Positions 26,440 through 37,594 of a stretch of DNA of 64,000 bases are shown here, piece after piece. Location of the stretch: positions 1 through 64,000 of the forward strand of contig MU619374.1 of NCBI GenBank assembly GCA_025201805.1, read 5' to 3'. Made by a program: the position numbers and the translations under genes. Under the pieces are notes generated by a model. That model saw only the letters and a list, made by a program, of their open reading frames with translations. It ran no database searches and was not told where the DNA came from. This DNA comes from Parasitella parasitica NRRL 2501 (taxonomy: Eukaryota; Fungi; Mucoromycota). Numbering within the stretch: the stretch's first letter is position 1; every line of letters begins with the position of its first letter.

Positions 26440-28027
26440 TCAAATAAAAAGCTTCAAGCTTTTGTATTAGTGATTTTATAGTATAGAAAATAATTACCAG
26501 ATAAAACGCTTTTCATTCGAGCTACATACATTCCAGTAAGTTACTCTCCTCAGGTCATCTTGGTTGTCGGAAACACTATCATCTATATAGTATTGAGCTT
26601 GCCATTGCAAAGTTGTGTCTCATAGATAGCACTCTAATCAGCATGGTGCATTTCTAACTTGTTTTGTAATGCTCTTTACAGTACATGTTTTTAAGATCAT
26701 TCAAAATTGTAAACATATAGCCTGCCACTTTCAAAAGCCTTCTAGTATGTACAATATGCTCAGATATGGATCTAAAACTGGCGCAAACACTTGATGAAAA
26801 AACTGCTCTTTATAATGTACTGCACGGACACAAACAATACTTTATCTCAAAAGTCAAGAAAATGTATGTGATAGCAATGTACAGGTAGATTTGAAAAATT
26901 ATGCAAGCGCAACAAATGGACATTTCGCATTGTTTCATCAATGGCAACAATTGCTCATTATAATGTTTCAAAAAAACAAATGATCCTGTGAATTATTCTC
27001 AACAATGATTCAGCAAGACCGGAGGAAGAGCAGATTGTCAAATCATGATGGCTGATGAGACTAACCCTGAGAAAAATTGTTCATGATGTATTGGTTCAAA
27101 TGAAGCTACTATATACGATCTCTCATTTTTCTCTGCATAACAGAGCATTCCACAAACTTGGCCATATAAAAATAACAGATACTCAAAAAAGTCTCCAATG
27201 TGATGTGACACCTAGAATTGCATGAAAAACCCAGGCCTAAAAACTACACGCCCAATCAATGTATTACAGATTTCTCAGGGGTGATTCGAATGTGTGGCGC
27301 GGCTTCACGGAAAGCCTCGTTCTGTCATTCCAATACACGTAATGTCCTGATCAAGTAAAATGACAAATCATCGCTAAACTCGTTTGCTTGACTGTTGCTT
27401 ATTAAGTAATCCCATAGCTTCTTAGGCGATAAAAATCCTTTTGTTCAATCTTTCTTAAATCCCGATAAATCGACAGCTTGGTAACGAATCGTAGAATAAT
27501 ATGGAAAGAGCCAGAACAATGGATGCCAATTACAGAAATGGGAGCAACCCAATGGAATCGGAGTTGTGCAAATGTATCTGATCTTTGGACGACAATAATT
27601 AATAATCAACCACAATACATCTCATGTATTAGTCATAAAAGGAGTCATTGGATTTGTTTTTCGCATGAAGAGCATTTCATTCGACGAATCCTATCCAAAA
27701 ATTCACAAATACATGATTGAAATCATGGTTATTTACAATCAAATGCCCAATATCGATATATCTAATTTCAAACAGAGAGCTTCAAAATAGGATGGATGAG
27801 TCAATTTCGTTTTCGGAAAGGGCCAAAACGTAATACTAAATTCCATTTTGGGAACAGAAAAAATTTAGCCTGTTAATGAGAGCCTAGCGTAGATTTGTAT
27901 ATAGAATACCGAGAAAAAAATTATGGATGGTGCATTTTGGTTGATCATTTTGAGAACATTTTTTGTTCATCATAGTGACACTTTTGTTTGGGAACAGGAA
28001 TATTTCCTTTGTGGGAAGGTTAAACTT

Positions 28028-28041
28028 GTTGCCATGGCAAC
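28028..28041. promoter_or_regulatory. Perfect palindromic X-box (RFX-family site) GTTGCCATGGCAAC
   Basis: Exact 14-bp palindrome matching the RFX consensus, about 490 bp upstream of the C2H2 gene. Confidence 0.7.
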
Positions 28042-28338
28042 AGGGTCACACCCGTTTGGTGGGCTTCATTATGAATCAAAAAAAAAAAAGCAATCATTTG
28101 TAACACAAACAATAGGGGATATTGTTTTCTTTTGAGTTAATGACTATTAAGTCAGGTTTATCTTGAAATGAAGATAGAATATCTTGATTTCAAGTCTACA
28201 TTGATCAAATCCATTGTAATAAAATCCTTAAACGTTGATGAGAATGAAATTGATCCGGAAGCACACGTCAAAGTTACTCAAATCCAAGCATTTTGAAGTT
28301 TCAGAATTTAGCAACCGACTTCATACGAATGGAAAATG

Positions 28339-28352
28339 GTTGCCATGGCGAC
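28339..28352. promoter_or_regulatory. Second X-box GTTGCCATGGCGAC
   Basis: 13/14 match to the first site, inside ATGGTTGCCATGGCGACCAT, about 85 bp upstream of TATAAATA at 28438. Confidence 0.68.
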
Positions 28353-28523
28353 CATCCGCGAGTCACAACGCAGCGTTAGGATGACAAATTTCTAAATGAC
28401 CCCTTGATTCTGGCTTCTTCTATCAATCAAAAATTAATATAAATAGGACGATAGTTTTCAATATTTCAACTCTTTTTTTTTCTTTCTATTTTTATCACAT
28501 TTATTATTTTAGAAATTTAAACC

Positions 28524-29546
28524 ATGTTTACATATAACTCAATGCAATACAATACCAACTCTATGCAAACTTCACCTTCAATGGCAACACCTTACCTGGA
28601 ATCATCTAATATTGACACACCATATCTCGACAATTATAATGCAGAGACACCACCCTTCTTTGACACTGGATCAGACATCTCGCCTTACTTGGTGTATGCA
28701 TCGTTTGCTAATAATCATCCACAGAATATCAACTCCAAGGACGTCTTTATTGCTGGCTATTTAGATGGTCATGAGAATAGTGACATTGCCAAATTGACAC
28801 ATGATCCTATAAAATTCAATGGTGACCCAAGCGTTTTGCTAATTGACAAATCAAAGTCATTGCATTTATCTTACCCTTCTCCAGCCGCCGCAGAATCAAA
28901 GCCCTCTCCCACAGTTAAATTGGAGACTGTGACCGAGGAAGGCCCTGATTCATTGTTTCCTCCTCTTAATTCTTCTCAACAATCCATGAGCACTGAAAAT
29001 CAACCAACACAAGATGTATCCTTGGATCAATTGCTAGGCTTCGATCCCTCTTCTCCTCTTAGTGAAGACGACTGCGAAGACTGTACTGATCAAGAAGCCC
29101 AACCGATTGAGGAGCAGGAAAAGCCTGTGGAGCAACAGCATGCCAGGAAAAGAAAAGCCCCTGACACCGCAGCAGCATCGGGTCGTTCGTCCTCCAAGAA
29201 AACCAAGACTACCTCTCCCAAGAATGGCTCTGTAGCCAAGATTCCTAAAGAAACCAAGCTTTATCAGTGTCCTTTGTGTTCTCATGTATCGAAGCGAAGA
29301 TACAATTTGTCAACTCATATCAAGACTCATAACAAGGACAGGGTCAAGGAATTTGATTGCCTCCATCCACATTGCCAGAAGAGCTTTGACCGTCGCCATG
29401 ATAGAGATCGTCATCTTGCCACTGTTCATCGTGGTGAGCGTTCATTCACCTGCACAGATTGCAAGTCTCATTTCAGCCGCAGAGATGCCCTCAACCGCCA
29501 TTTAATTCAAAAGCACGATTATGACGAAGAGGGTTTCGCCGAATAA
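28524..29546 (+). CDS. C2H2 zinc-finger transcription factor, three C-terminal fingers, Crz1-like recognition helices
   Basis: Intronless 340 aa; acidic S/P-rich N-terminus, basic RKRK, fingers CPLC..RRYNLSTH, CLHPHC..RRHDRDRH, CTDC..RRDALNRH. Confidence 0.9.
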   Translation: MFTYNSMQYNTNSMQTSPSMATPYLESSNIDTPYLDNYNAETPPFFDTGSDISPYLVYASFANNHPQNINSKDVFIAGYLDGHENSDIAKLTHDPIKFNGDPSVLLIDKSKSLHLSYPSPAAAESKPSPTVKLETVTEEGPDSLFPPLNSSQQSMSTENQPTQDVSLDQLLGFDPSSPLSEDDCEDCTDQEAQPIEEQEKPVEQQHARKRKAPDTAAASGRSSSKKTKTTSPKNGSVAKIPKETKLYQCPLCSHVSKRRYNLSTHIKTHNKDRVKEFDCLHPHCQKSFDRRHDRDRHLATVHRGERSFTCTDCKSHFSRRDALNRHLIQKHDYDEEGFAE

Positions 29547-30009
29547 GTCTTTATTTTTCAACATAGAACAACACAAACTATACATTTACCTTGCTTCTTG
29601 CTTCGATCGATTGGAATATTTTAAAAATGACAGCACGACACTTTTGCCTGCACATGGCCAGCTTGGTAGACCTTCCCTTTGTTTTTATGATTACTGATAT
29701 TGATATCCACCCCACTTTTCTGTATAATCAAACTTAATTTTGTCTACCTTCTCTTCATTTGAATAACACTGTAATAATCAAAGTATTATTATACTTGTTC
29801 GCTACCACTCCACTCTTTCTTTTTTTCTTCTTTTCCTATTTCTATTTCACAAAACATAATACTAGTTTTATTTAAATGTATCCAGAGTTTAATGAAAAAT
29901 AAAAAATAAAATGAACCTTTCATATAAAATATGCCCAAAATTATACCTTGGCATCTGTTTCTCTTTTTAATTTTTGCTGTCTTGAGAAATGAGATCATAT
30001 TTTATGCAT

Positions 30010-31590
30010 TTATTGATAACGCTGAACAACGACACTGTTTAATAGACCAGCATCTTTTACTGTTTGATTATCATCCCCAAGTTCCTTGACCGGAAAGGTC
30101 GTTTGTAAAACATATGATTTTGAGGCAGGGTGAGTTCTATGAAACAGAAATGATGTGATCGGTTAGTAGTTCAACATGCTAATTAATTAATCACACTTAC
30201 GATTCAATGTATTGGCGCAAATCAGCAATGGTATGAGTGTGATTCAACTTGGCAACTATCCTAGACCCATCTCCAAGACGAATTTGAATGTTTGTAGTGG
30301 GCTGGCTTTCATCCACGGCTGGTGCAGCAGCATTGGAAGAAGAGCTACTAGGAAAAGTACCCGGCGCAGGGCTTGGCTCTGTGTAGACTGAAGAGCTACC
30401 AAGACGATTACCAACGCCCTCAAATGGCTTTGGGGGGGCCTTGGGAGGGGGAGTATAATCTTCATCAATACGCTTAACCACAACTTCCACAGGCTGACCA
30501 GGACGGACGTTAAGCAATGATAACGGTGCACGGCTATAGCAAATAATTAATATACAATCTTCTCCGCCGGCCTGACCACGGTGTTCTTACCCGCTATTGA
30601 TAGCTGTCAACATCTCCTGATTAGCAGGATCAGAGAAAGAGTATAAACGCCCATCGTCCACACTAAATCCATTGCGCCAGAATGTCAAATGGCGAGTAGT
30701 CTTTTATGACACATTAACAGCCCAATTGAGTAATGCTATTCTTTTTCTACTTACAGGCTCCATATCATCTGCAGTAGAAGAGGTGGCAGAGGTGGCAGAG
30801 GTGGCAGAGGTGGCAGGTTGAGCCAAAGAGGATGGCTCGTCATCACTACCTAATCTGTATCCTGATCCTGTATAGTAAATAGGCTTCTTCTGAGGTGTTT
30901 CTTCGTCAGGAGCAGCTCCGCCTCTGATTTGATTGAGCGTTAATATACGAGTTTACGTGTCTATTTAAATGATACACCTACTCGGCTGCCTTTTTCAGAA
31001 TTTGATCGACAAGATTATTATTGTTACTACCGCTTGCACCGCCACGCTTGTTAGGTCCTTGTACAGCCATACCACTTTTTTTTTTGTTAACGCTTCATCT
31101 TGAATCCCATTAATGAATACATACGATTTTTCACCGCCAGCGTACAGGTTCTCATGATCGTCGTCATCTGAATTGTCGTTTTGACCAGATGAATTGATGT
31201 CGCTCAATGTGTGAAACTTGGAGCTATACATACCAATTGAGTCTCGAATAATTTGTAAATATCGGGTCAACTTACAAAGAAGCGGTAGTTTTTCTCTTTG
31301 TAGGCGTAGCTGAGCCTGAGCCTGGGCCTGAGCCTGAGCCTGAGCCTGTCGATGTATTTGACTGGGGATCAAAAGGTTCTGACGATTGTCTATCAGCAGT
31401 GGCACCGTCGAAATACTGGCTTAGGGCCATCTTTTGATAAACGGTTAATAAGCATTTGATGCATAGTTTGGATTGACTACTGGTGTACCTCTAGGTTCCA
31501 GTTGGCTGCTTCTAGATAGAATTGTGCTTGGTTTTCAGTGGCACCTGTCGTGGCGACAAACTGCTTGGATAACTCGCTCTGATCACTCAT
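30010..31590 (-). CDS. SHP1: p47/Shp1 Cdc48 cofactor (UBA-SEP-UBX, multi-exon)
   Basis: [96 protein letters not shown]. Confidence 0.94.
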
Positions 31591-31876
31591 GGTTGGAAAG
31601 AATGTATCTATTAAAAGTAAAGAAATGCATACGTAAACATGGGGTTTAGTTTGGCGACCTCGAGTATGCAAGCTAGCAGATCGAGTCACATTGAAGCCAA
31701 GCGATCAAACATCAGCACTGCTTAGTGGTGTCTGTATCGTAGTTCAAAGAGCATGTTGATGCACTTTTTTGGAAATCATTTTTACAGAGAGTATACGCAT
31801 ATTTTGGACTCGAAGGATCTGTGATAATACGCTAGATTGCAATTTTTTTTCTAGCTCCTCCTTTATCTATTCTTAC

Positions 31877-32674
31877 ATGCCTAAACTGCGATACAAAGAA
31901 CACGAGAAGAAAGAAAGGAAGGAGAGCTGCCATGGAAAAAAGCACAAATCATCATCAAAGGGCAGCAAGAAAAAGTATTACACGCCACCGACGTTGTACG
32001 AGCAGGAGGACGGTTGGGAAGCTCCATCCAGTTCGTACAAACAAGACGAAGCGGCGTGGCGAGAACATCTTTTCGACGCCATGATAGAGGATGAGGGACA
32101 GGATCCATTTTACACTTCCTATCAGCAACCTACACCGGCTGATGTCATGACCGAAGAAGAGTACCGTCAGCATATAGTCAACGGCATGTATCGACGTACT
32201 CATGCAGAGGACATTGCTGCAGAGGAAAAGCGACAAGCACAAAAAGAAAAGAAGCGACTAGAACAAGAAAGGGCCAAACTAGAACAGGAAGAAAGACATG
32301 CCGAGCAGATACGATTACAGCAGGCCTACAGCAGGCTAAAAGCTGTTAGTAGCAGCAAAGCGGATTATGCAGAGAAATGGAAGAAATTAGACGCATTGGA
32401 GGTTGTCCACAAAAAGGACATCCCTTGGCCTCTTGTCGGCAAGGAATTCAGCCTGGACTCAGTGCGATCTTTTGTTGTTGAGGCTGGCGCAGAAAGCAGC
32501 GAAATCAAGAAAAATGTGCGAAAGGAGCAGACAAGATATCATCCTGACAAGTTTATTACAAGATACATGAAGAAATTCAAAGGATCAGAAAAAGAACGGC
32601 AGAGAGTCCTGACGCATATTAACGAGATATCAGGCTGGTTGAATGAGATATGGACACAGCTAAATAAAAACTAG
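31877..32674 (+). CDS. Conserved hypothetical protein with NFKBIL1-like C-terminus
   Basis: Intronless; Lys-rich start MPKLRYKEHEKK, WREHLFDAM..DEG, MTEEEYRQHI..GM, KDIPWP, VRKEQTRYHPDKF. Confidence 0.8.
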   Translation: MPKLRYKEHEKKERKESCHGKKHKSSSKGSKKKYYTPPTLYEQEDGWEAPSSSYKQDEAAWREHLFDAMIEDEGQDPFYTSYQQPTPADVMTEEEYRQHIVNGMYRRTHAEDIAAEEKRQAQKEKKRLEQERAKLEQEERHAEQIRLQQAYSRLKAVSSSKADYAEKWKKLDALEVVHKKDIPWPLVGKEFSLDSVRSFVVEAGAESSEIKKNVRKEQTRYHPDKFITRYMKKFKGSEKERQRVLTHINEISGWLNEIWTQLNKN

Positions 32675-33886
32675 TCTTGGACTAATTTCCAGATACGCAC
32701 GAGACCATCGTCGCCCACTGTGGATAGCCAGTCTGCATGTTGTTTGCTGGGGAACCATGAAACGCCGTTAATATCATAGACACCGTGAGCATCCTTAAAG
32801 GTAGTTGTGTTTTTCCATGATGGCGCATCATCGCCTGTGGAGGTCTCCGAATCCTGCGCATGATTTCTTTCAGTATGCATGCACGCATGCAATTGAAAAA
32901 CTCACAGATATCTGCTTACCTTTTCAAAAATACGAATGCTATTATCGCCACTGACACTTGCAATGTATCCATTCACCTTGGACCATGACACGGAATAGAT
33001 GCATCTCTCATGGAAGCCCGATAGTGTACAGATGGTCTTCCATGTTGCCTCTCCGTTGTGTGTTGGGATCCCTTGCGGATTGTCGGGTTTGTACATTTTC
33101 CAGATGCGCAGGGTTTGGTCGTCAGAAGCAGACACTGTGCCATACTAAACATTAGTAAACGTAACGTAACAAACAACACCTTTGACATTATTGTACCAAT
33201 TTGGTCTCCATCCGCATTAAAATCGAGCGACCACACAGTAGATGTATGGCCCTCCAGAGTATCGGCACAGTACCAGTCGTCTTCATCCTCCTTCCAAATC
33301 TTGATTGTATCATCGTAGCTAGCCGAAGCCAAGATCTCCAGCTTGGGATGCCATGCCACCATCTTGACATCTTGTGTATGTTCCTGCAACACACTCAAGC
33401 ATTCGAAATCGTTGTCTGACTCCACCTCCCAAATCCAAACACTTTTATCTCGGCTACATGTCGCCAACAATGCGCCAGTTGAAGACCAGGAAACCGATTT
33501 GATTTCATTTTCATGCCCTTCCAAAGTGGCTACACATTCCCAGTCGTTGACTCGAGGGTCGTTTTCCCATATTCCAGTAGTGGCATCAAAACTAGCCGTT
33601 GCCAACTCATTACCTGTAGGAGACCAGGCAACGCTGCGGATAGTGCGTTTGTGGGCTCCTCTTAATGTCTCTACGCAATGCCATTCTTCAAAATTTTCAA
33701 CTGAAGCTGGTTTCCACAGGCGGACGGTTTTATCACCCGAGCAAGTTGCCAGTAACGTCTTTGTGGGATGCCAAGAAGCCTGCCAGACTCGGTCTTGATG
33801 GCCTGTTGCTCTTTGTCAGTATGGGCAGTCTGCCAGTATATTTAATTTTTACCTTCCAAGGTAGCGAGTAATTTGAGGTATGGCAT
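32671..33886 (-). CDS. CIA1: Cytosolic Fe-S assembly WD40 protein (4 exons)
   Basis: [91 protein letters not shown]. Confidence 0.96.
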
Positions 33887-34003
33887 TATTTAGTGTCAAC
33901 AAAACAACAAGGCGGAGAGACTCAATGTAACATTAATAATCCAGTCAAATCGAGAGAGATAGAGAGGATGACAGAGGGTTTTGTGTAGATGATAAGCCAC
34001 TAC

Positions 34004-34061
34004 TTTTTTTTTTTTTTTTTTTTTTTNNNNNNNNNNNNNNNNNNNNNNNNNNNNNNNNNNN
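34004..34061. other. Poly(T) tract followed by an assembly gap
   Basis: T run then N at 34027-34061. Confidence 0.95.
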
Positions 34062-34974
34062 CCTAGCTTCTTTATGGTTAAATGCGTTTTATAAATGTTT
34101 GTATAAACATATAAATCATATGCTGTGTGTGTGTGTTTTTTTAGGAGGCTTCGAATTACCGTAAAAGCTAAACTTGGATATTAATTTGCTATAGATATAC
34201 AATTTAATGACATTTCTCCATATTTTCGATAAAGGAGTAGTCTCCATTTTTTTAATATGAAAATTACTGCAGATTAGCAGCTGCAGGCTTTGTCATATAC
34301 GGCATCGACCATAAAAAAAAAGCCCGCCAAAACTTGGTTCAAAATGCCTCCTCATTTTTCCTTGCCCCCCCCCCCCTGAACCCGTATCATTTGATTGATT
34401 TTGTCTGAAAGGGGAGCAAAAGATGTATGTGTCAATAATAAAGGAGATGCGTGTTCATCATTTTATGAAAGGGGAAAAGGGACTAGTCTTTTTACTCCTT
34501 TGACCATAATGAATTGGATGGGGGGATTTTTGCCCGCGCGATCAAAGAACATAGACAATGACAGACGTGAGCAATTTCATTGTCTTTTAAGAATTATAAA
34601 CGGCAAGGATCAGCATTAATTAAAACCCTGACGATACATACAGCGAATCTTGGCCATCACGACCGTATTAGCGTTTTTTCGTGGGTTTTGCTCGTATAAA
34701 TTGATGATACACGACTATTTCTCACACAACCTCCTTACTTTTCTGTTTATACAACACATTCCCTCCTTTTTCAATATTAAGGGGACCACCAACAACAAAA
34801 GAGCCATAAATCAATAAAGGCCTTCGTTTTGCTTCTTTTCTCTTTTTTCCTCTTCTTTTCTCTTTCACTTATCTCCTTGAAATTTAATTTCTGCTGTCAA
34901 AACTAGATCAAATTTTTAACCCAAAACGTAAAATTTTTAGACATTTTTTACTAGAGAAAATATATGAATAAAAC

Positions 34975-36177
34975 ATGACTATAGATAGAGAAAATTTATC
35001 TGCTAGTTCATTCGTTGTAAGCATTTTCCCATCACGTAAAAATTGCTGGTTTTATTAAAAAATGTGTCAATCTAGATGGAGCCTCTGTATGAACAGCTAT
35101 TAGCACAGAAATTCACTTCCAGCGTAGACGCCATTGAATTTTGTCGCGAAGCATGCCAAGATTACGGATTTTCGATCAAGCATGAAACCAACGCAAATCG
35201 AGTAAGTAGTATGTAGGAAATGTGTAAAGAGGAGGGACTCTGTATGTTCTAACACTTGTCAGAGCATCTACATTTGTTGCTCGCACGAGACCCAATCTGA
35301 TGGCCTTGAACAACAAACACCACCTTTGAGAAAACGACCATCTTCTCTGAAAAATGCCGCTACTGCCTCGCTAGAGTGCAAATGGAGAGTCGTCTTGAGT
35401 GAAAATGAAATGACCAATGAGTGGACTTTTCGAAAATCACTGAACCCACAAGCGTCTGAACATAACCACATGCTGGATGATAATGAACCATCAATCTGGC
35501 CGCAAGAAGTCTATAATCGCATTATCCAGTTAGCGCGTCAAAAGAATATGCAGACGGATGAAATCCGTGATACTATCAAGCTGCAGTTCCCTGATATCAC
35601 CTGGAACGACCGTCGGTTTTCAAATCATTTGATGGAAGAACGTAAGAGAATGAGCCAAAAGAGTGTTACAGACAAGGTCCAGCGTTTGGTCATGGCTTCT
35701 ACTCGCTTGTGTTCTGTAGTCGCTGCAAATGAAGACTGGGCTTCGTGCGTTGAAGGGGAATTGGTTAAAATGTTGGAGAACTACAAGCACTTATTAAGAA
35801 TCCCAAGCCAACAGACAGTTGATTCAAATGTAGATTTGCAGTTGGATATGATACATTCGGAAATCGACAAAACCAAAAGGCCTACTTCCAAGCAGCAGCA
35901 TCAAGATGACGATATGTTTAGCAAAAAGAGGAGAGCAAACTCTGCTGCCGCCGCTGCTTTGCGCGATAATGGCATCCAGGTTATGTCGGTTCCGAGCTGC
36001 ACACTTTATATAAGATCTCAACCGCTGAGGTCTTTGTCTGAACCCTCTTCACAGAGCAGAAGAGCTTTTACTGATCTGATTGCCGCTTCATCTGCATCAG
36101 CTATACCACAGCAACATCACCACCAGCAACAACTACAGCAGCAACACCACCACCAACAGCAACAGCAACAACAACAG

Positions 36178-36230
<53 letters not shown>

Positions 36231-37155
36231 GCAGCAGCAACAGCAACATCACCATCACCATCACCATCACCATCACCAACACCAACAGCAACCAATTCCA
36301 TTTGGTGTTAGCTCTGTTTTCACGCTAACATCTCCTGTTTCATCTTCATCTTCAACATCGTCATTACAGCAACGTGTAGACTACAGTGCCTATCGAAACA
36401 ATAACAATAATGACATGCTTCAGTCACCACCTATTCCAGAATCGACAAACATGATGATGCCTTCAAGTTACAATAGTGGAAACGATGGTAAGCAAGAGCT
36501 AGGGTGGGTGGTTTAGGGCTAGGGCTAGGGTCAGGGTTAGGGTTTGGGCTTTGATTGCAAGGAGGGTAAAGGGAGCGTTTACAAAGTGGCTGAAAAAGAG
36601 AAAACAACTAACTCATCCTGTTCAGCTTATGCTCCACATCCCCCAACACCTTCCTCAAACTACAACGGGTCTGTAGCCGCAGCGGCTGGAGATATCAATT
36701 TCAATTTTGACCCAAATACACCACCGTACCCTCAGCACGTACCTGCTTCTCCTGCACCAGTTATGATTCATCGTCAACACCAACATCCGCATCAGCAGCA
36801 GCATCAGCATCATCATCATCAACAGCAGCAGCAACAGCAGCAGCAACAACAGCAACAGCAACAGTCCAGCGCAGAGAGAATGGCAGGCTATCCTACTTCA
36901 ATGGGCTATTACTCTAATTCGTCGTCTTCCATTGGACGTGAATCACCACCATCGACCACATCTATTCAGCAGCGCATCATGCTACAGCAGGAATACGAAA
37001 ATCAAAGACATTTACAGCAAATGGAATCCTCATCAGCTAATGTTCATTTGCCACTGATTCGCTCTAATTCGCCATTAAGCACAAACATCGTTCAGCATCA
37101 ACAGCAACATCTTGGGTCAAATTTAAATCCAAATCATTCGCAAAATTGGTCTTGA
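34975..37155 (+). CDS. Putative transcription factor with FAR1/WRKY-GCM1-like DNA-binding domain and polyQ/polyH tracts (4 exons)
   Basis: Spliced N-terminus ..QKFTSSVDAIEFCREACQDYGFSIKHE../SIYICCSHE..LECKWRVVLSE..WTFRK..SEHNH shows the C..C..HxH pattern; long Q/H tracts follow. The start could instead be the ATG near 35077. Confidence 0.75.
36109..36292 (+). repeat. CAG/CAA/CAT/CAC coding repeat (polyQ/polyH)
   Basis: Encodes a run of more than 30 Gln followed by about 10 His; a second tract lies near 36775-36863. Confidence 0.92.
36499..36548 (+). repeat. Degenerate telomere-like (NNAGGG)n array in an intron
   Basis: CTAGGG TGGGTGGT TTAGGG CTAGGG CTAGGG TCAGGG TTAGGG TTTGGG inside intron 36488-36625. 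Confidence 0.8.
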
Positions 37156-37253
37156 ATTTTCAAGGAGAAACACGCATTGCCCTTCATTTTCTACCTCCTC
37201 TGTATCTCTTCGTACACTCTTTCCTCTCTATTATCATAACCATTATCATTATT

Positions 37254-37284
<31 letters not shown>

Positions 37285-37594
37285 TTTCGTAACTTTTCTA
37301 GTAATTTCTATACTTATTTTCCATATATTTTTATCCTTTATTATCAACTCCAATACACACTCTGTAAAATAATAATATTATAATATAGCCAATTCATTAA
37401 TGATGATTGAAAACAATAAAAATTAGAGTAATCTTGCGCTGTTGGAGAACTACAACCTTACAACAGCGTTTGATTGCGAAAAATAAGAGAATTGCAGGCT
37501 GATTAATAGAATGTGTTGCAGAAATAATTTGGAAAGGCTATTAATAGGGGAGGGGGGAGGGGGTTTATTATAAATACAAACGAACAACCAACTG

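Noticed and set aside
26500-27450. Coding-like fragment MDLKLAQTLDEKTALYNVLHG.. downstream of PPIL2
   Set aside because: Short and interrupted, with no identifiable family or consistent exon chain.
36080-36328. Ser/Asn and Val/Ala repeat ORFs
   Set aside because: Alternative frames of the polyQ/H repeat.
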